Part shown: positions 53,638 through 64,000 of the stretch, in pieces
Position numbering within the stretch: position 1 is the first letter of the stretch
How the letters are laid out: each line of letters starts with the position of its first letter
Assembly: GCF_009914755.1 (NCBI RefSeq)
Contig: NC_060936.1
Source of the DNA: the human T2T-CHM13v2.0 reference genome, Homo sapiens
Strand: one strand, 5' to 3'
DNA: 64,000 bases
Notes under the pieces: generated by a model
Told to the model about the DNA's origin: nothing
Database searches by the model: none
The model's input: only the letters and a program-made list of their open reading frames with translations
Program-made: the position numbers and the translations under genes

Positions 53638-54744
53638 GTCTAGTGGTTCTTGTCTATCTCTTTAAGGAAAAAAAAACTGTTCAAATGGATACAGTTAAAG
53701 TCAGAACTATAACTAAAATTCCTGAGTTTTAGGTTTATACGTTGTTTCTAATTTCCTTCACATAAGTACAAAGAAAAAATTACCCCTGAAAATGAAATTA
53801 TTTGATAGTGATAATGTGTTTTTTCACATGCTATTTTGTCTACTCATGTCTAAATAGCAGAGATTCAGATAATATAATGATGTTGGTTAATATTAAAATG
53901 GAAACAGTTGAGAGAACACAGAAAAAAAACAGTTTAAAATTGAATGTCAATTGCATTTTCAATATTCTCCTTCTATAGAGGTGAAATTTATTTCACCGAA
54001 TTTATCAGTATATAAAAATAGTTTTAACTTATATATTTCTAATATAAGACCCTTAAGGAAAGCAGTTTATTCTTTGGTTACTGATATGCCCTTGACATCC
54101 AAAACATTGCTTGGTATCCACCAAGTAGACAGTATAAAGTACTGATTAAGATTATGATTTGTGCGGTAGAATTCTGGTTCTACCACTTACTAACACTGAA
54201 ATTAAACCAGTTGCTCAACTACGCTCTGCCTCAATTTTCCTATCTATAAAGTAATGATGTTTGCAACATCAGTCTGAAATGTTATTCATGAAAAAAAGAA
54301 AATCAGTTAAAATATATAAAGTACTTACAAGAGAACCTCACATGTTGTAGGGAATCCATAAGTGTTATTATTGTTGTTTTTATAAATATTTATTGAATGA
54401 ATGTTCTTACAATAAACATAAAGTCTCATGATATTGCCCTTGTATACACGTTTTGATTTAATCATGTTACATGGTATTCATTTTTTTCTGTTTTTTTATT
54501 GTAATAAAAATTTTAACTTTTCTAAGATGGAATCCCAGTTTTTCTTTTGCTATACCTTGTATTGTTTGAAAGATGTCAGTGTATTATTTCAATACAAATA
54601 ATATTTCATTCCCTAGTTATAATTTCACTTTTTATATTTAACTCATTTTTCACCTTATTTATGTTGGATATTCAAGTTTGAGAAGGAATAAAGAGTATAT
54701 ACATGACTTCTGGATATAAATTAGCTTTAAAAATGAAGTGGTTT

Positions 54745-57000
54745 GGCCATGTGCATTTGCATCCATATCCAAATCCATAGCCATGCCATATGAACCTGCA
54801 TTCCAGACCTAGTACCACCATTGTTCGATGTATGTTCACAGTTCAGACACAGGCACCAAGAAGAATCCCCTCTACCACAACTTCTCCTGTGGGTGAAAAG
54901 GAAAGCAGGAGGACTTCAAAAGCTTTCATGACTGGGGACCCTGCAAGTCATTGCTGCCTTTGCAGACACTCTCAGCCTTGTCTACTAAAAACGCTGTAGT
55001 CTTCACCAGTGCTGACCTCAGCTGATGGAACTACCTGGAGTCTAACTGCTGCCCACTCCTGGAGCTGGAACAGCCACTGTGTCCTTCAGAGAAGAAGCTA
55101 CCATACCCACCCAGTTGGTGGCTTCATACCTTCCCATAGGTGAGGTCTTTCCTTACTGAAGCCAGTACATAAAGTTTAAAGAGGTGACAACTCCTTCAAA
55201 TGTGCAGACATCAATGCATGTCTATGAGAATATGAAAAATCAAGAAAATGCCACAAAAGGAACACAATAATTTTCTAGTAACTGACCACAAAGAAATGGA
55301 GAATAATAAGTTGCCTGACAGGGAATTCAAAATAATTATTTTAAAGAAGCTCAGCAAGCTACAAGCAAACACAGATACACAACTTGAAAATAATCAGCAG
55401 AACAATACATGAAAAAAATAAAAGTTCAATAAAGAGGTAAAAATCATAAAAAAGAGTCTAACAGAAGTTCTGGAGCTGAAGAATAAAATGAAAACTACAA
55501 TAGAGTGCTTCAATAGCAGACTTGATCAAACAGAAGAAAGAATCTAAAAATTCAAGGACAGGTCTTTTGATCTTAACCAGTCATAGGAGAGAAAAATGAA
55601 AAAAAGGGAAGAAAGCCTATCATATCTATGGAACACCATCAAGTGGGCCAGTTTATGCATTATGGGAGTCCCAAAAAGAGAAAAAGAAAGAAAGAAATTG
55701 ATAGAAAGCATATTTAGAGAAATAACAGCTGAAAAATCCCCAAATCTCAGGAGAGAAATGGCATGCAAATTCATGAAGCTCAAAAGTTCCCAAATAAGAT
55801 CAACCCCAAAACACTGCACCGAGACAAATTATAATCAAATTATCAAAAGTCAAGGACAAAGAGATTAGAAAGCCAAAAGAAAAAAGCAACTCATTATGTG
55901 AAAGAGAATCCCTGTAAGACTATTAGTAGATTTCTCAGCAGAAACATTGCAGGCCAAGAGACAGTGGGATGATATATTCAAAGTACTGAAAGAAAATAAC
56001 TGTCTACCAAGAACAATATATCCAACAAAATTATTCTTTAAAAGTGAAGAAGGGATAAAGTCTTTCCAATACAAATGAAAATTGAAGGAGTTTTTCAACT
56101 ATAGACCTGCCTTAAAAGAAATGCACAAGGAAGTTCTTCAAATTTTAACAAAAACATGCTGAGTAGCAACATGAAAGCATGTAAGAGTATAAATCTCACT
56201 GGTTAAGGTAAACATACAGAGAAATGGAGGTTAAAGTAACATTATAATTGTATTGTATAAATTACTTTTAATCCTACTATAAAGGTTAGAGATACAAAAT
56301 TGTTAATGGATACACAATATAAAAAGAAACTCTAACTACAAGAACACAAATCGGGCAGAGTAAAAAGGGGAGTAAAAGTGTGGAGGTTTTGTATTCAATT
56401 GAAGTTAAGTTGCTATTAACTTAAAAAAGACTGTTGTAACTACAAGATATTTTATGAAAGCTTTGAGCTAACCACAAATAAAATTCCCACAATATACATA
56501 AAATATACAAGAAGAAAAAAAATCAAAGCAAATAACTACAAAAAACCATCTAATTAAAAAGAAGACAGTAAGAGAGCAGAGAGAGAAAAATCAATGGCAA
56601 AATGTATAGAAAGCAATTAACAAAAAGAAATTAGTAATTCCTCACCTGTCAATAATTACTTTAAATATACATGAATTAAAATCACCAATCAAAAGGCATA
56701 GCATGGCTGAATGGATTTAAAGGAAAACAATAATATAACAAGATCCAGTGGTTTATTTTTCATAAGACACTCATTTTACATATAAAGACACACACAGTTT
56801 GAAAATGAGGAGCTGAAGAAAGTTATGTTATGCAAATGGTAACCAAAAGAAAGCTAGGGGTAGTTATGCTTATATCATGAAAAGTTATGCCATGCAAACG
56901 GTAATCAAAAGAAAGCTGGGAATGGCTATGCTTATATCAGACAAAATAGACTTTAAGTCTAGAACTGTCTCTAGAGGCAAGAAGGTGATTATATAAACAG
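54745..57000 (+). mobile_element. Old L1M: 5' UTR remnant, degenerate ORF1 and start of ORF2 endonuclease
   Basis: ORF 55596..55868 (LWNTIKWASLCIMGVP...IFREITAEKSPNL) resembles the L1 ORF1p RRM; EN-coding motifs at about 56640-56995. Confidence 0.9.
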
Positions 57001-57001
57001 G

Positions 57002-57135
57002 TATATATATATACATATATATATACGTGTGTGTGTGTATATATATGTGTATATATATGTGTGTATATATATGTGTATATATATGTGTGTATATATATGT
57101 GTATATATATGTGTGTATATATATATATATATATG
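57002..57135 (+). repeat. Compound (TA)n/(TG)n microsatellite
   Basis: Directly visible. Confidence 0.95.
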
Positions 57136-57139
57136 TCAT

Positions 57140-57540
57140 TTTCATGAGATCTCAGATGAAAACGAGAAACAAGGTATTGGAAACTAAAGTAAATGCCATC
57201 CTGTTACACCTCTGCAAAGACTAGTAGAATTGTGTCTATATTATTGGACTTTATGGAATGAAGAACTTAAGAGTGAGGAACTATGATATCTGGTGAAAGA
57301 AATATCTAAGCAGCAAAGCATTCACCCTGCTGCATGACTACTTTTAACTGTTTACAGTGAAGTGTGACAGAAAAGGATTGTCTTAAGGGCAGAATTTATA
57401 ATTAAAAGGAAAGCAGAGTGAAAAACCTTGGAAAATTCACAGCATGGGAAGGTAAAATGTGAAAAAATGTGGCCAAGCAACCATTTGCTAAAGAAATTAC
57501 TACAGATGGAAGGGAGTCAAGGGCTACTCTTTAAGATAAA
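57140..57540 (+). mobile_element. MaLR internal sequence (MST/THE1-int-like)
   Basis: gagatctcagatgaaaacgagaaac..ggtattggaaac...gaaatatctaagcagcaaagcattca...aaggaaagcagagtgaaaaaccttggaaaatt. Confidence 0.8.
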
Positions 57541-57754
57541 CAAGTCACTTCTTACATGGACGGCAGCAGGCAAAGAGAGAGCTCATACAGGAGCTCTTAT
57601 AATAACCCTCAGATCTCATGAGACTTATTCACTATCACAAGAACAGCACAGGAAAGACCTACCCCCATGATAAAATTACCTCCCATTGGGTCCCTCCCAC
57701 AACACGTGGGAATTCAAGATGAGATTTGGGTGGGGACACAGCCAAATCATATCA
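57541..57754 (-). mobile_element. THE1 LTR fragment
   Basis: Reverse complement of the THE1 5' end: gatgagatttgggtggggacacagccaaatcatatca. Confidence 0.88.
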
Positions 57755-57868
57755 CCACTCATTAGGCTCTACCTCCCAAAACTGTTGCACTGGGATTAAG
57801 TTTCAAACCTATGAACTTTTGGGAGATGTATTCAAGCCATAGCTTTCTGCCCCTGGTTCCCAAAATTA
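57755..57868 (-). mobile_element. MST LTR 5' end with adjacent internal/PPT remnant
   Basis: cattaggctctacctcccaaaactgttgcactgggattaagtttcaa...ttcaagccatagc followed by ttctgcccctgg. Confidence 0.75.
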
Positions 57869-59010
57869 ATAAATTTAATAAAATCAGACATGAAAGAGGA
57901 GACATTACAACGAATGCCTAAAAAATATAAAGGATCATAAGAGACTACTATGAACAATTATAACCCAGCAAACTGCAGAGCCAAGAAGGAATGGGTAAAT
58001 TCCAATAAACATACAATCTGCCAATACTGAATCAAAAAGAAATAGATAATCCGAACAGAAAAATAACAAATAAGGGGATTGAATCAGTAATAAACCAACC
58101 CAAATATGTCCATGAACCAATGCCTTCACAGATGAATTCTACCAAACACTGAAAGAGGAATTGATACCAACTCATCTTAAGCTCTTCCAAAAAATAGAAG
58201 AAGCAGTAACACTTAAAAGGTCAGGATCCCCTAATTCCAAAATCAGAGATACTACAAGAGAATAAAATTACAGGCCAATATTTCTGATGAACAAACATGC
58301 AAAAATCCTCAATATAATACTAGCAAACCCAATGCAACAGAACATTAAATAGATCACATATCATGACCAAGAGAGATTTATCTCTGGAATGCAAGGATAG
58401 TTTAACATACACAAATCAATCAATATGATACAACACATCAGCAAAATTTTTTAGAAACAGAATTATCTCAACAGATACAGAAAAGGCAAATGAAAAAGTT
58501 CAACATCTATTTATGAAAAATATTCTCAACAAAATTGGTATAGAAGAAAATTACCTCAGCACAATAAAGATCATGCGGGAAAAGTACATAGCTAACATCT
58601 TAATCCGTGGAGAAAAACTGAAAGCTTTCCTTCTAAGATCCAGCACAAGAAAAGGATGCCCACTTTTACTACTTCTTTTTGACATAGTACTGAAGTCCTA
58701 GCCATAGCAATTAGACAGGGAAAGAAAATAAAAAGCAAACAATTGGAAAGGAAGAAGTAAATAATCTGTATGCAAATGACATGACCACAGACATAAAAAA
58801 CTGTAAAGGCTCACTGTTATAACTAATATCTATTTTAACTAATAAACAAAACAGTAAAGTTGCAGAATACAAAATCAACATTCAAAAATTAGTTGCATTT
58901 CCACACACAAACAACAATATAAAAAGGAAATTAAGAAAACAACCCCCTTAATAATAGCAATGAAAAGAATCAAATACTTAGCAATAAACTTAATCAAAGT
59001 GGTAAAAAAC
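57869..59010 (+). mobile_element. L1M ORF2 reverse-transcriptase region (degenerate)
   Basis: ORF 58513..58701 (GEKLKAFLLRSSTRKGCPLLLLLFDIVL) resembles L1 RT [28 protein letters not shown]. Confidence 0.92.
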
Positions 59011-60297
59011 TTTAAAATGTATTTTAATATCTGTGCATTCTAGGGAAACCCCATACTCAACAATCTTTTAATTTTCATAACATTATTAAATGTTTTACAT
59101 TAATATTTAATAAGGAAATTTCAGAATTATTTTATTTAAATCTCAAAACCATTATATTAGAATTTTGATTGAATTACACCTATAAAATAACTTGGGAAAA
59201 ATAGATATCTTTACAATATCTAGCTCCAGACACAAAAATGAAACTGTTGTTTCCATGTATTTAGGACATTTTGTATTTCCTAAAACAATGGGATTTGCTA
59301 CTTTAGCTAAAAATTTCTAAACATAATTCAGTGTTTACATATAAAATACATCTATATATCTATCTTTATAGTTATTTGAACGAAATATGCTTTTCACTAA
59401 TGCTTTCTATTTATTGCTGGTGTGGGAATACTACTGATATTTACATATACATTTTTATATTACTTTATTAAGTTCATTAATAAATTCCAAACATTCTTTA
59501 TGTTTTGTGTGTTCTAGAGTCTGCTTTTTGTACATTAATATTCATTCTCACATTCTTTAGCAATAGAACTTTTGTATATGGCCATGAAAATAGAGATTGC
59601 ATGTCCTGGTCTCTTTTACAGCTTAGAGTGATGTGAGACCAAGTTTTCTTCAATGGCATGTAAGTAAGAGTCATGTGTGCTACTTCCTGATCTCGCCCTT
59701 AAAAGTTTTCTTTATATGTTTATTAGCTCCCTATAATACCTGCTGGCTGGAAGTAGTGCCATCTGTGACAGGCACTTTAACCCATACAGCGTATTTTTAT
59801 GTCCCTCAGCCCACTTGTTCTGGATACAACAGACATATCAGTGCAGGTGCAAATCCATCTAATTCCATGGATAGATACAAATGTATGCTTCTTGGAATAA
59901 GTGTTGATTAACCAAAACCTGGAGAAAAGATTTTAAAAGGAGAGATTAGAAGAAATGAATACATCCAAGAAAAGGGAAATGGCTCAGGCATTTACTAACT
60001 ATGTAATTCAGGTGAATTACTTTAAGCATTAGAACCATATTTTCTGCATCTTTAAAGTGGTGATAGTACTCCCTGTTTTAAAGGTGATTAGATAATCGCA
60101 AGATCTCAATACATTTTCACTGTTAATAACAGCAATAACCTCGTAATGTGGGGATCCATCAACTTGAAGGTAGGGAAAGGTAAGTAAGTGGTTGGAGCTT
60201 TCTGAGAACGATAAAACAGCACTTACATAAATATACTTGACTCAGCCTTATGCCTCAAAAACACCAGTTGCCTTTCCCAAACTTGCTAGTGACAGTA

Positions 60298-60634
<337 letters not shown>

Positions 60635-60893
60635 CCTACAGTATTATTTAATTGTTTTGTAATTTTCTTTTAAAAGACTCTCTCTCTCTCTGCACTGGCT
60701 TTACAAAACTTCCACGACACATTTTCTGATTGTACTGTAAGTTATTTTCTTCCTTATCTCCCAATGACACTGTTTTCTACATGAAAAATACCATTTTGGC
60801 TTTATCAACATGTTATTAATTCATAATATGAGAGATCTATCAGCACTATTTGTAAAAATATTCAATTAAAAAAATTAAGATGATTTATAGTTG

Positions 60894-61417
60894 TGTGGTA
60901 AAGAATTTGACCTTACCCAAAGGAGGTCAGGCTTTTGCCCTCAGCCTTAAGGAGATAATCTTGTCATACCCAATAAAAGTGTTATTTTAAAGTGAGGCTG
61001 ACTACACCTGATAATCCAGCTTGAGGGACAGTTATGCCAGTTTGACCAACTAGATGATTTAGGGAGCTTTCTCTCCCAACTTCAAAGCTGTGATGAATCA
61101 AACAGGTAATTAATCGATCATGCTTATGTAATGAAGCCTTGATTGAAACTTCAAAGATTGATTGACGTTCCTTGGTTGGTAATACTCTGTCATGTGTCAA
61201 TTCTAGAAGGGTAATACGTCCTGAGGATAACAGAAGCTCTGTGTTTGGAATCATCCTGGACTCTGCACTTTGTTTCTCCTGCTTTGGCTGATTTTGATCT
61301 GTAACCTTTACCTATAATAAACCATAACTATAATATAATAGATTTCAGTGAGTGCTGTGAGGCTTTCTAGTGATTTATTGAACCTAAGGGTGGATGTGAG
61401 AATTTCCTGAACTTGCA
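60894..61417 (+). mobile_element. ERVL-class LTR (MER21/MER68/MER77 family) followed by a PBS
   Basis: tgtggtaaagaatttgacctt.cccaaag...ggttggtaatactc...ggctgattttgatctgta...aataaacc...gaacttgca; then tggtatcagaagtgagg at 61420-61436. Confidence 0.8.
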
Positions 61418-62179
61418 GTTGGTATCAGAAGTGAGGGAGGTCCTATGGAGGACTGTGCCCTCAGATGTTGCAGTTTGGCTAAACTCAGGTAATAGTATAT
61501 GGTAAATACCAACTGATCAAGTTATATTTGTTTTTTGCTAGGAAGTTTTTTAAAAGTAAAATCATTAGCAGTCAATTATCAATTAAAAAATTAAGTCAAT
61601 TAATGTATATCTTTTTCATCCATCTTATTTATTTATTTATTTATTTATTTAGTGTTCCAAGAGTTCAGTTATTTGGAACTTCCACAGTTTTCAAGACTTG
61701 AGAGCTATTGCACTTTCTTGTTAAAAATGACATGGGAACAAATAGGTACTGCAGAAATCCTTTCATCTTGTTTAATATGACCTGAGGTGTCACATTTTCT
61801 ATATTTAAAACATAGTGGCCACTGCAATGTTCTCATGCTATTTATTACTATTATACTGAAGTCTATACTGTGATATAATAATCAAATGTATCTTAAAAAC
61901 TGTAAATATCTGGATGCTTTAATTAATCTTTTATGTATAGTTAAATGTTAAATTTTATCAAAGTATTTGGCATTTTTAAAGGTAGTTTAATTTGATTAAT
62001 TGATTGAATACATGCTTTATTGATTTACACATTTTATGTCTCTTTCAGTGTAATGGAGTTATAAATTTTGAGATAATTCATGTATATATACTAGATATGA
62101 AGATATCATGATGGATTCAAATTACTGAAAGATGAGGAAACTATACCAGTTTTATACAGGAGGAAATATTGTTGGGAGA

Positions 62180-62450
62180 AAGGCCAGGTGACATAGTAAC
62201 TACACCGAAATTGAAAGTCAGACATCTTGGATTTGGATTCCTGTCGACTAGTGATAACACTCAGAACAATTCACTTAGGTTCTATATGACTCAATTTCTT
62301 AACTTTCAAAATGCTAGTAATAATTATCCTTTTCTCATACATTAATTATGATAACTAAAAAATGTGTGTGGGTTCGGGGTATTGTTACAGTCCTTACTGT
62401 AGTACCAAGCACACAGTAACCTCCTCTAAAATTGCAGATGCTATTATTTT
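62180..62450 (+). mobile_element. MIR SINE
   Basis: gaaagtcagacatcttggatttggattcctg...ctcaatttcttaactttcaaaatg...taccaagcacacagtaa. Confidence 0.6.
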
Positions 62451-64000
62451 TATCAAACATGTGAATAAGTGAAATGCAATATCATTTATAAAATGCATAT
62501 AGTGCTACAGAATTATTCTATGAACAAATAAGGTATTTGTTTATTCACAAGAAGAAGATTTCAAAATACAAAAAAAAGGAGATGTAGTCGTGGGTATAAC
62601 ATAAAGTACAGAGTACTACTATCATTTCATTTTTTATCACATTCAAAGTATCAACAGAAAAGTATTTTCATTTGCTCAACTAATAACTAATGTTTACTTT
62701 TGAGTCCAATAATAGCAATACAACTTCAGTATGCCAAGTTTACAAAGTGCTTCCCTGTATATTGTCTCATCCAAATATTACGACTTCTTTGAAAGATACG
62801 TCCAAAATTTACTAATACATTCTATTTCATGGATGAAAAAGAATGAGGCACTGAGAAGTTGAATTAATTGCCAGGTGCTATGGAATTAGTAAATGATAGC
62901 TCTATAATTCAATCTTGAATCTTCTGACTTAAAGTTAATATTCTTTAACTTTTTATCTTGCCTCTCACCAAAGTTCAATATTTCATCTAAATTTCTAAGC
63001 AATAAGTAATCTTTCTCAAAATGTTAGCTTAAAAACAATAAGAATAAATATGGGTAAAATAAAATAGGTCAATTTATGATGCTTATGATCAAAGTATTAA
63101 TATCAAACACGATCTTACTATTAATAGAGAAAAAAAGCATTCAAAATCTCCACATGCAACAATAGAACTATGTCTGCTACCACAAATAAAAAAAAACCTT
63201 ATGCTCTCATCAAAGAAAATATTCTAATCAAAATAGGAGAGAGTCTGGAAAGATTTGCAAACAAACTTCAAATGTCTTATACACAGTAGGTGACACTTTT
63301 AACTTCTATTTTAGATAATTGCTTCACACAAGACTTGGAACTAGTAAAATTAGTGGAAGTAGCAAACAGCAATTTTGTTACCTATCTTCTTTGTTGGATT
63401 TTAACAGGTATTGTTATAAAACACCTTGATTTTTTTTGTCTGGGAAAGATTCTTTGTATTATAACAGTACAATCATCAACAGCAAAAGATACATTTTCTA
63501 TTCATGATAATAACTTGGACAATTTACAGTTTATTCATTTATCTTTATAATACAATATCATCATAAAGGATAATCAAGAGGTACAATAAGAAATCATAGG
63601 TCTTTGTAAATAACTACTGGTTTAACAATACTGAAACTTTTAGTTTACCAATCTAAAATTAAAAAAAAATCCATTGTTCAACCATTATTCAACTTTTCTA
63701 GGAAATTAAAATCTATACAATCTTCTAACCAAAAATGATACATTTCCAACAGGAATAATACGTTCCCAATAAGTGGGTCTTTTGGAATCTCACAACTGTT
63801 GGCAGGCAAGCTAAAAGCATAGCATCAGACAGTTTTGCATTATCTTTAAGGAATATAAGTTCAGAGCTCCAAGGGTGTCACTGTCCTATGCAAACACTGT
63901 TGTCATTAAACGCATACTGTCATCTGGTAAGTTTAGTCATGGCGACTTGTTTCAATTGTTAATAAAACAAACAAACAAAAAATCTCTTTTATCTGACTTT

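Overview
AT-rich primate (human-like) genomic DNA lying wholly within the large neuronal gene PPFIA2 (liprin-alpha-2, a presynaptic active-zone scaffold), transcribed on the minus strand. Seven canonical coding exons can be read with GT-AG boundaries (40733-40849, 18972-19193, 10745-10891, 9583-9717, 4087-4170, 3701-3832, 2084-2146). They splice in frame and give about residues 216-515 of the N-terminal coiled-coil region, numbered from the recalled human protein. The rest is intron packed with Alu, L1, L2, MIR, LTR (MaLR/ERV1/ERVL) and hAT/Mariner relics plus microsatellites; nearly all other ORF-track entries are spurious or repeat-derived. I see no CRISPR array, tRNA, rRNA or wholly new gene system. 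The best leads are: (i) a well-formed in-frame 87-nt cassette exon (4598-4684, SDPTSSTSSDDYQYVMEAKLQEMISIRRK) absent from the canonical protein as I recall it; (ii) a candidate 12-nt microexon (40018-40029, KRKK) that would create an NLS-like KKRKKR motif; (iii) a perfect palindromic RFX X-box (2269-2286); (iv) short locally templated duplications and a rearranged L1/MaLR block. Repeat subfamily names come from recalled consensus sequences, and repeat boundaries are approximate unless a TSD is given.
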